Of a stretch of 64,000 nt of DNA, positions 37,937 through 45,377 are shown one piece after another. Source of the DNA: a virus (lineage: Duplodnaviria; Heunggongvirae; Uroviricota; Caudoviricetes). Each line of letters opens with the position of its first letter. Positions within the stretch are counted from its first letter, which is position 1. The stretch lies in IMG/VR virus record IMGVR_UViG_3300005323_000036. One strand, given 5' to 3'. Both the position numbers and the translations under genes were made by a program. The notes under the pieces were generated by a model, which was not told the DNA's origin, made no database searches, and worked only from the letters and a program-made list of their open reading frames with translations.

Positions 37937-38455
37937 ATGAATAGATTATATTTATATGGTATAGAACAAGCAAAACTTACTGCTAGTTTTTCTACTTGTT
38001 TATCTACTCATTATGGTGCTGTGATTATAGATCCTGATACAGGGTTTATTACTACTGGAAGGAATGGTTCTCCTAGAGGTATGGAACATTGCACTGATAG
38101 AGGATGGTGTATTAAAAGAGAACTTGGATATGATCATTTTCAACAAGATATGAAAGAATGGATAGGTATGGATAGTTATTGTACGTGTTCACACGCAGAA
38201 CAAAATGCACTCATACAAGCAGGAACTCGTGCTAAAGATTGTATCATGTTTTTATACGGTGAGCGCAATGATGCTCCAATTATACCGTCTCCATGTTTTA
38301 CATGTATAAAATTAATTATAAATGCTGGTATTAAATCAATTATAATTAGACCAAATATTGAGTATATTGAAATTGATCCTATTAAATTGTATAAACATTA
38401 CGAAACCGTTTTAATGAATAAAGTTATTGAATATAAAAACGAAAAGGAAGCATAA
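37937..38455 (+). CDS. dCMP deaminase
   Basis: CSHAEQNALIQAG (HAExNA) and SPCFTCIKLIINAGI (PCxxC), the classic dCMP deaminase signature. Confidence 0.7.
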   Translation: MNRLYLYGIEQAKLTASFSTCLSTHYGAVIIDPDTGFITTGRNGSPRGMEHCTDRGWCIKRELGYDHFQQDMKEWIGMDSYCTCSHAEQNALIQAGTRAKDCIMFLYGERNDAPIIPSPCFTCIKLIINAGIKSIIIRPNIEYIEIDPIKLYKHYETVLMNKVIEYKNEKEA

Positions 38456-38677
38456 ATGGCAATCAATGAATCTATATCAGAAACCATCCCCAGATATCTG
38501 CGATCATGTAAAGGTTGTATTCTTTGTATTGATAATGATGAAGGTTATCCATATTGTTTAGAATCATATCTTGTTCAAGATGATGTTATTCAAAAGTATC
38601 TTTATGAAAAGCCAATTCAATGTTGTAGGAATTTAAATGTTGAAGAATATGAAAAAATAACAGATGAAATGGAATAA
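38456..38677 (+). CDS. small Cys-rich protein
   Basis: CKGCILCIDND…YC…CC. Confidence 0.35.
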   Translation: MAINESISETIPRYLRSCKGCILCIDNDEGYPYCLESYLVQDDVIQKYLYEKPIQCCRNLNVEEYEKITDEME

Positions 38678-38735
38678 TTTATTTAAAAGTAAATCATTTT
38701 ATTTAAATACTGTTTAATTTTTATAATCTTGTCAG

Positions 38736-39116
38736 ATGGATACTCAATCTTCAATTATCGATTTATCTAGGCATATTGGTTCTCTTGAACAACGAATGGA
38801 TAGTATGGAGAAATATATTGTCGCTTCTACAAAAACACAAGATATAAAATTAGAATCCGATAATAAATTTAATTATCCATTTGAAATTGATTTTGAGAAC
38901 ATGAGAGAAGCGACTAGAGGAGAATTACAGTCAATTAAACAATCTCTCTATGATGTATTTATTGTAAGACCATTTTCTGAAAATCCCGAAGAACAGCCTC
39001 AAATTTTTAATATAAGAATTACGCGTGATGAACTTGACATGTATCTATCTCAAAAACCAAGTGAATATGGTGAATACATTTACGAAATAAAACCATTATA
39101 TAAGGATTATTTATGA
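38736..39116 (+). CDS. hypothetical protein
   Basis: 126-aa ORF. Confidence 0.4.
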   Translation: MDTQSSIIDLSRHIGSLEQRMDSMEKYIVASTKTQDIKLESDNKFNYPFEIDFENMREATRGELQSIKQSLYDVFIVRPFSENPEEQPQIFNIRITRDELDMYLSQKPSEYGEYIYEIKPLYKDYL

Positions 39117-39248
39117 ATGAAGAATATATTGAAGAAATTGATAGTATAATTGAAGAAACTAAAAAATTCATTGAACTTTATCCTGAATCTTGTGATAGTT
39201 TAAAATTGGCACTTGAGCAATTTAAAAAACACAGAGAGGAATTAATAA

Positions 39249-39536
39249 ATGGAACAACCTAAAAAAGTTTACATAGCAGTAATATCAATGATCAATGGTA
39301 TAGAGAGATATACATTCTCTACTGTTATTAATCAACTTATTGAAGATACAGAACCGTCTCTTTTACCATCTACATATGAACTTGAAACCGGCGTTAAAAT
39401 AAAACCTGAAAATATTAATTACTTATATTCTGAATGGATTAAATATTTAATTGAAAATGATATGTGGATGCCTTGGATGAACAATTGGACAGATGGATCT
39501 ATTTATCTACTATACATGGGAACTACGGAAATATGA
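39249..39536 (+). CDS. hypothetical protein
   Basis: 95-aa ORF. Confidence 0.35.
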   Translation: MEQPKKVYIAVISMINGIERYTFSTVINQLIEDTEPSLLPSTYELETGVKIKPENINYLYSEWIKYLIENDMWMPWMNNWTDGSIYLLYMGTTEI

Positions 39537-39676
39537 GAGGTTGTAAATTATATTGAACATGTTAAATAAATTAAACTATACTAAATTTTTGGAGATGAAA
39601 TAATAACACTTGAAATAGTAACTATTATAAAAAGCATACAATCACTTTACATATTTTTTAAAAGTGGTGTTATATA

Positions 39677-40321
39677 TTGACACTTGAAATAGCAATAGAT
39701 GTAAGAGAACCACAGTGGCTGCGAACATGGCTGCCAAAACAATTTAAAGATATAAAATTTGAATTTAAAACATTGATTGAGGGTGATTTTTCAAGTGATC
39801 ATGTTCTTATAGAAAGAAAATCTATTGATGATTTATGGTCTTCACTACACGATGGTAGATTTAGATCACAGGTATCTAGATTGACAACTCATCAATGTGA
39901 CAAGATTGTTATGTTTCTTGTTGTGGGATCTATTGATGAATTCATTTATAAGATGCGTAAACTGCATTTTAAAGTAAGTGAAGATATGTTACATGGTGCA
40001 ATAGCATCTTTAATTGTTCGTGACAATATAAGGGTTCTGTGTTGCTCTAATGAGAAGCACGGACTAAAAGAAATGGTAAGGGTAATTCAAAAAATCGAGG
40101 AGGAAGATATATTAAATTATCCGGCAGCCAGAGATGAAAACATGCTATTTGCGCGATTATTAAACATTCCAAAAAATACATGGTTTGATATTAAAGAAAC
40201 CTATGGAACTTCATTAAAATATCTATCCTCGTTAGATAAGAAAGATTTCATGAAAGTTAAAGGAATTGGAAAAGTAAAAGCAGAAAGTATAGTAAACATT
40301 CTCCATAATGGATGGGAATAG
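39677..40321 (+). CDS. XPF/Mus81/Hef-type (ERCC4) structure-specific nuclease with C-terminal helix-hairpin-helix
   Basis: IAIDVREP…GDFSSDHVLIERKSIDDLWSS is the ERCC4 GDx(n)ERKxxxD signature. C-terminal VKGIGKVKAESIVNIL is the HhH. The only start that keeps the IDVRE motif is TTG at 39677. Confidence 0.65.
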   Translation: MTLEIAIDVREPQWLRTWLPKQFKDIKFEFKTLIEGDFSSDHVLIERKSIDDLWSSLHDGRFRSQVSRLTTHQCDKIVMFLVVGSIDEFIYKMRKLHFKVSEDMLHGAIASLIVRDNIRVLCCSNEKHGLKEMVRVIQKIEEEDILNYPAARDENMLFARLLNIPKNTWFDIKETYGTSLKYLSSLDKKDFMKVKGIGKVKAESIVNILHNGWE

Positions 40322-40413
40322 ATTTAAATAGTTTTAAGTTTAATATAGTATTCTAATTTCCTTTGGCGAGTGAATTAGAAATCTTACTCTTTTATTTTCT
40401 TTTCTAACACAAT

Positions 40414-40524
40414 CTTTATATACAGATAGATCATAAAATTTAGTACCGACTCTCAACAAAGAGGAAGACTTCTTTTTCTTTTCTTTCTTTCTTTTTGTTA
40501 TGATGGTGGCTCACGGCGTTCGCA
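40414..40524 (-). repeat. intergenic element copy E (reverse orientation) of the 5-member repeat family
   Basis: TCTTTATATACAGATAGATCATAAAATTTAGTACCG + polypyrimidine tract + GTTATGATGGTGGCTCACGGCGTTCGC. It lies about 200 nt upstream of the AAA+ ATPase gene. Confidence 0.6.
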
Positions 40525-40719
40525 AAGAACAGTTATTTTCTTGATACATTATATTATTGTTGTATTACTTATTTTATATTAGTGTTACTGTGGGATATAT
40601 TTAAATATTGACAATGCAAATTATAATATCCAAAATATGAAATTTGAGTTTTGTTATTCAATTAATATGTTTAAATTGTTACTTTGATTTGTTGGTTTTG
40701 TTATATATTCTTCGTAGGT

Positions 40720-41886
40720 ATGAGGGAGGTGAATAAATTAATATATGACTACGTTATCAACGAATTAAGGTCCAGAAATGTTCAGGATGCAGATATTTAT
40801 GGTCCGTTTTATATCATAAGTTATGCTTGTCATGCATTTAATATTCATAATAAGGAGGCCGCTTCATTTACACATGGCGGACTTATCAAAAGTATGCGTG
40901 TTCCTGTGATTGCAATGGGACCTCCAGGTTGTGGTAAAACTTATTTTTTGGAGCAGATGAGTGATCAGGTAAGTGGTATTTTTCAACGACTTCAATACAA
41001 TATGAAGTTTGAACAAAAGATGACTGATGCCGGTTTAGTTGGAACAGTTGCCAGTAATCCAGAAGATCCCGAAAATCCAATTATAAAACACGGGGTTGCC
41101 GAAACTCATAAAAACTCTATTATATTGATTGATGAGTTTAGTGACTTAATGCGGGCTATGACATCACAGTATGGTGTTAATCAGGAAACGCTGTTGGCGG
41201 CATTAGATAGTGGTAGAGTTGTAAATGCAATGGCTAATGGTGAATATGAATATGAGACTAACTTTACACTGTGGTGTGGTATTCAACCAGTTAAGTGTGA
41301 TATGTCTGGTGGATTAGGTAGGCGTCTATGTATTATTTTAAATATTCCAACTAAAGATTCACAGCGCAGATATAGAAAAGCATCTAGATATAGTGATAAT
41401 GTAAGAATTGATAGGGAACATTTGACCGATTTAAATACGCGCATGAAACTTTGGCTATCTACAATTAGCCTCATTAAAACTGTTAGATTTTCTGAAGCAT
41501 TTTATGATTTTCTAGAATACGATCTCGATGCGGATAATTATATTATAGAATTGTATAAAAAGATGGCAATTGGTTATTATATTGCTAAATGGGGCGGTAG
41601 TGAACATATGATTGTTGATGTAGATACTAATATTAAGAATATATTAATAATGGAACACAAGTGGAGAAAACGTGTAATGCAAGGTCCTGAAATCCAACAG
41701 ATCATATCATTGATTGAAGAAAATGGAATAAAAACAGAATCTTCAATTAGTATACAGAGAATTACACTCAATACTGTTGGATCTGATATGGGTCTATCTG
41801 CATCACAAATTCATAAAATTTTATTAGATATGAAAAATTATGGATATGTGAATATTAAAAATAATGTAGTTACTTTAGCAATGTGA
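40720..41886 (+). CDS. AAA+ ATPase (Orc1/Cdc6- or helicase/clamp-loader-like replication ATPase)
   Basis: Walker A is MGPPGCGKTY and Walker B is SIILIDEFSD. It has a sensor-like NFTLWCGIQP and a C-terminal putative winged helix. ATG is at 40720 (the track start at 40684 is TTG). Confidence 0.5.
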   Translation: MREVNKLIYDYVINELRSRNVQDADIYGPFYIISYACHAFNIHNKEAASFTHGGLIKSMRVPVIAMGPPGCGKTYFLEQMSDQVSGIFQRLQYNMKFEQKMTDAGLVGTVASNPEDPENPIIKHGVAETHKNSIILIDEFSDLMRAMTSQYGVNQETLLAALDSGRVVNAMANGEYEYETNFTLWCGIQPVKCDMSGGLGRRLCIILNIPTKDSQRRYRKASRYSDNVRIDREHLTDLNTRMKLWLSTISLIKTVRFSEAFYDFLEYDLDADNYIIELYKKMAIGYYIAKWGGSEHMIVDVDTNIKNILIMEHKWRKRVMQGPEIQQIISLIEENGIKTESSISIQRITLNTVGSDMGLSASQIHKILLDMKNYGYVNIKNNVVTLAM

Positions 41887-41903
41887 ATAGGTGATATGAT
41901 TTT

Positions 41904-42380
41904 ATGGCAGGTGTTGGTAAAAAGACCATTTCAGCAACTATTAAGGAATCTACATATAATAAATTGAAAGATATGGGAATACCACCTACTTCTATTGTTG
42001 GTGATTTTTTAGAATTATATATAACTGAAATGGATGTTGATGCTGCTGCATTTTTTAAGGCTGCTACAATTAAGGAAAAGATTAAACGACTTGACATTGA
42101 AATACAAGATCTTGAATTTAAAAAAGAACTCCGTGATAATTTAAAACGATTAATGGACGCCACATTAGAAGAATATAAACTTAATAAAAACAAACGTAGA
42201 TTAAGAGATTTAATTCTAAAATTAGATAAGATAATAATCATGTATAATTATGATATTGAAAAGATACAAGAAAAATATGTAGGGTTATTAAAAGAAATTA
42301 AACGATTAGATTCTAAATTTGAATTATTAAAAAGAATTAATAGTGTTAAGTTGATTAATGAAGGCGTTGAAAAAGTATAA
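41904..42380 (+). CDS. coiled-coil protein (possible DNA-binding N-terminus)
   Basis: 158 aa. The C-terminal two thirds are heptad-rich (KEKIKRLDIEIQDLEFKKELRDNLKRL…). Confidence 0.4.
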   Translation: MAGVGKKTISATIKESTYNKLKDMGIPPTSIVGDFLELYITEMDVDAAAFFKAATIKEKIKRLDIEIQDLEFKKELRDNLKRLMDATLEEYKLNKNKRRLRDLILKLDKIIIMYNYDIEKIQEKYVGLLKEIKRLDSKFELLKRINSVKLINEGVEKV

Positions 42381-42593
42381 AATAATGATTTAATTTTAAA
42401 ATATTGTTAAATGTGCTTATTCTATTAAATTGGACTTTTCAAATAAATATTCTAAAATTATAATTGCTTCGAAACTTGTTGATACATCTTCTTCTGAATG
42501 TGAAAATTGTGGGTTTAATTTATAAAAATGATATTTATCTACATAGTAATTATAAAGATTTTTTATATCTTCATCTGATATTTTTAATTCCAT

Positions 42594-43385
42594 TTAATTT
42601 CTGACCATCTTTTTTATATCTTTTTCATTGATTTCTATTGTTTTATTATATAGTTGGAATGGTATTTTAAAAATGTTATAATTCCAGGTGTAATCTGAAT
42701 TGTCGATATTAAGGATTACGTAGCCATTGTCAGGTTGTTCGATTGTTCTTTTTCCAATGTAGCCGTCAATGCCTTTCCAACACGGAACTGATATTGATGT
42801 GTCATTTGAATCCAGAGATGCGTAGAAATGGTGAGTATGTGAGTTGATGAAGATATCTACATCGGTTCCTTGTGCTTTTGCAATAAATGCTTGTTTGCGT
42901 TGTGCAGTGCATCTTGTATAAGGAAGGCTTGCGAAATCTCCATAGTGTTTAAGATATATTGTTATTGTATTATTGATTTTAATGAATTGCCAATCTCCGA
43001 TCCAATCAGCACCAACGAGATCTGATACAATTTTATCTCCAGTTGGATTACCGGTATGATAAGTTGACCCCTGTGTACAATAGATCTTTTTACAGGGAAT
43101 CATATCAACAAGGGCAGCCGCGCATGTTGCTTGTGCATGAATATCAGTAGTCCATACACCAAGTCCTTGTTCTGCTTTGTTTGGACCTTCGATGATATCC
43201 CCATTTAGGATAAGAATGTCTATTTCACCAATAGAATTAAGCATCTGACAGAACTTTTCAAATAGGAATGTTTGAATCTGATTAGCACGGATTGTAATAC
43301 CGGAGTAAGGATCGGTATATTCAGGAAGCATCAATCCAACATTACTCCCTATGTGCCAATCACCAAGAACTAAAACTTTTAACAT
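42594..43385 (-). CDS. calcineurin-like metallophosphoesterase
   Basis: GDWHIG (motif I), NGDIIEG (motif II) and INSHTHH (motif IV/V). ATG and stop verified. Confidence 0.7.
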   Translation of the reverse strand: MLKVLVLGDWHIGSNVGLMLPEYTDPYSGITIRANQIQTFLFEKFCQMLNSIGEIDILILNGDIIEGPNKAEQGLGVWTTDIHAQATCAAALVDMIPCKKIYCTQGSTYHTGNPTGDKIVSDLVGADWIGDWQFIKINNTITIYLKHYGDFASLPYTRCTAQRKQAFIAKAQGTDVDIFINSHTHHFYASLDSNDTSISVPCWKGIDGYIGKRTIEQPDNGYVILNIDNSDYTWNYNIFKIPFQLYNKTIEINEKDIKKMVRN

Positions 43386-43543
43386 GAATTAAGTGACTCT
43401 CCAAAAAGATATTCGAGCATAAGAATGGCTTCTAGGTATCTAGCGCGACTTATATCAGACATGGTTAAAGTTTCCTTTGGTAAGATATCTCTATTTCTTT
43501 TATACATCTCTTTAATTTCTTCATCACTTACCTTTAGATCCAT
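43382..43543 (-). CDS. hypothetical small protein
   Basis: 53 aa, MDLKVSDEEIKEMYKRNRDILPKE…. Its stop overlaps the phosphoesterase start. Confidence 0.3.
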
Positions 43544-43546
43544 TCT

Positions 43547-43900
43547 CTATGTCCCCTCCCCTACATCATCATAAATGTGAATCCATTGAGTTTCATATGG
43601 GTATTTTTTGGTTCCTGTTCCGTCAGTTACTTTAAATGCTGCTTTATACATTCCAGTTGTAGCAGTTTCAAACCCATTTACAGTTGGAAAGTTAAATTGG
43701 ATTATACCGTGGGTAGCATCTGTAATTTCACAAGATTCTCCATTTACAATATAATCAGTAGATTCATCAGCAATTAGATAAAAATTTACAAGACAATTTG
43801 TAAGATCTCTAGCAGTTGGTTGATTTTCAATAAAATCAAGATCTAAAATTGTATATTCTAGTGGAGTTGTATCACCACGCCTAATACGAATAGTCTGCAT
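43547..43900 (-). CDS. hypothetical virion-associated protein
   Basis: 117 aa at the distal end of the tail module. Confidence 0.4.
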   Translation of the reverse strand: MQTIRIRRGDTTPLEYTILDLDFIENQPTARDLTNCLVNFYLIADESTDYIVNGESCEITDATHGIIQFNFPTVNGFETATTGMYKAAFKVTDGTGTKKYPYETQWIHIYDDVGEGT

Positions 43901-43967
43901 AAAAACTATTTAAATATTAAACGTTAATATATTTAAATGTTTGTCAAAAAATAGAAATGTTTAAAGT

Positions 43968-44129
43968 TTATGCGGGGCAGTTAGCAAGAATCCAATCTGC
44001 TTCTTCTTGTGTAATTTTACCATTATTTACAAGAGTCTGAACCTGCGCTGCTGTAATTGTTCCTGCACAGTATCTTACATAAACAATTTTACCAAGTGAA
44101 GATAAATCATCATAAGAAGTAATAGTCAT
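43968..44129 (-). CDS. XkdX-like small phage protein (paralogue 2)
   Basis: MTITSYDDLSSLGKIVYVRY…NNGKITQEEADWI. The motif GKITxEEY resembles Bacillus PBSX XkdX. Confidence 0.4.
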   Translation of the reverse strand: MTITSYDDLSSLGKIVYVRYCAGTITAAQVQTLVNNGKITQEEADWILANCPA

Positions 44130-44130
44130 T

Positions 44131-44238
44131 TTATAACTCCCTCTCTACAATATACTGTTCAAGTGCAGTAATTCTTTTTTCTAGTTTTTCTATAATTTCA
44201 ATTAGTTCTTCTCTTTGAAGATGTCGTTCAATTTTCAT
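44131..44238 (-). CDS. small protein sharing the …ITALEQYIVE motif with the C-terminus of the 44398..44664 protein
   Basis: 35 aa, MKIERHLQREELIEIIEKLEKRITALEQYIVEREL. Confidence 0.3.
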   Translation of the reverse strand: MKIERHLQREELIEIIEKLEKRITALEQYIVEREL

Positions 44239-44240
44239 AA

Positions 44241-44396
44241 TTAATTACCTATAATAAAGTTGTATTCTTCTTGTGTAATTTTACCAGTGTTCAGTAGTTT
44301 TGCGATTTCATCTTTGGAAACTGTTAATAATTTAAATCTTGTGAAAACAATTTTACCAACAGATGAGAGATCAGAGTAAGATGTAATACTCATCAT
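44241..44396 (-). CDS. XkdX-like small phage protein (paralogue 1)
   Basis: MMSITSYSDLSSVGKIVFTRF…NTGKITQEEYNFIIGN. Confidence 0.4.
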   Translation of the reverse strand: MMSITSYSDLSSVGKIVFTRFKLLTVSKDEIAKLLNTGKITQEEYNFIIGN

Positions 44397-44397
44397 T

Positions 44398-44664
44398 TCA
44401 CCCTAGAAGTTGTTCTACTAAATATTGTTCAACTGCAGTCAGTCGTTCTTCAGTTGTTGGATTTGTGTCTATTATTGGTGGATCGGGAGTAATATCAACG
44501 ACTTCAGGTGTGTTACCTGCTGCGATCCAATCGAGATATGGCCGATAGTTATCAGTATCTATGGCTCTATTATTTGCAATCTCCCAGATCACATAATAAT
44601 TTGTTCCATCGTTCTTCTCCCGGTAATCTCCGGTTGATGTTACGTAAATGTGTTTTTTAAACAT
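44398..44664 (-). CDS. hypothetical tail-associated protein
   Basis: 88 aa. The C-terminus is TEERLTAVEQYLVEQLLG. Confidence 0.4.
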   Translation of the reverse strand: MFKKHIYVTSTGDYREKNDGTNYYVIWEIANNRAIDTDNYRPYLDWIAAGNTPEVVDITPDPPIIDTNPTTEERLTAVEQYLVEQLLG

Positions 44665-45373
44665 AAATTCTCCTCGTAGTAATTGCAGAATCTAAAATCA
44701 AGTCTTTAACTACTAAAAATTCATCAAGATATCCATTAAAATATGATGTTCCATCCAATGACATACCTATCCTTGCAGCATTTGTAGCATTGGCGGTTGA
44801 TGGGGTATATGCAGATTTTGATGCAGTTCCTAATGATACGCCGTCACAATACATATTGCAATTTGCACTTGCTAATGATTGATCATAAGTAACTAAGTAT
44901 TCATGCCAATTACTATCATCCGGAACAGCGGTTGTACTTACACCATCCATTATCATCTGCCCTGAAACTCCCCGACCAATGCGCACATACATTTTTCTCG
45001 CGCTTGAAAATCCGATTTCACACCCGACTTGACTACTTAGATAAAAGTTAGAAAAAACCATCGAAGTTAGGGTTCGATTAATCCATTTATATCTAAATCT
45101 AACCGACCATTTCCCAGAAGTTCCAAGCACGTGTAATGCGTTAAAAGATGACGTTCCTCCAATTACAACATAATAACCTGCAGATCCGCCGAAATATACA
45201 TGTTTTCCAACATAATATCCCGGATATGCTTGGTAAGTGCTTCCGTATGCGGTGCATGCCAATCCAGTTGATTCTCTATATGTATTATATTCCCCATCAA
45301 ACCCCATATGGCAAATGATGGTAGGGATAACCCGTCTCAAGACCGCCCCTTGAGTAGATTGACCACATATCAT
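44657..45373 (-). CDS. LamG/concanavalin A-like lectin-fold protein (probable receptor-binding module)
   Basis: WHEYLVTYDQS…MYCDGVSLG…GYLDEFLVVKDLILDSA fits the LamG jelly-roll pattern. Confidence 0.55.
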   Translation of the reverse strand: MICGQSTQGAVLRRVIPTIICHMGFDGEYNTYRESTGLACTAYGSTYQAYPGYYVGKHVYFGGSAGYYVVIGGTSSFNALHVLGTSGKWSVRFRYKWINRTLTSMVFSNFYLSSQVGCEIGFSSARKMYVRIGRGVSGQMIMDGVSTTAVPDDSNWHEYLVTYDQSLASANCNMYCDGVSLGTASKSAYTPSTANATNAARIGMSLDGTSYFNGYLDEFLVVKDLILDSAITTRRIYV

Positions 45374-45377
45374 ATAT

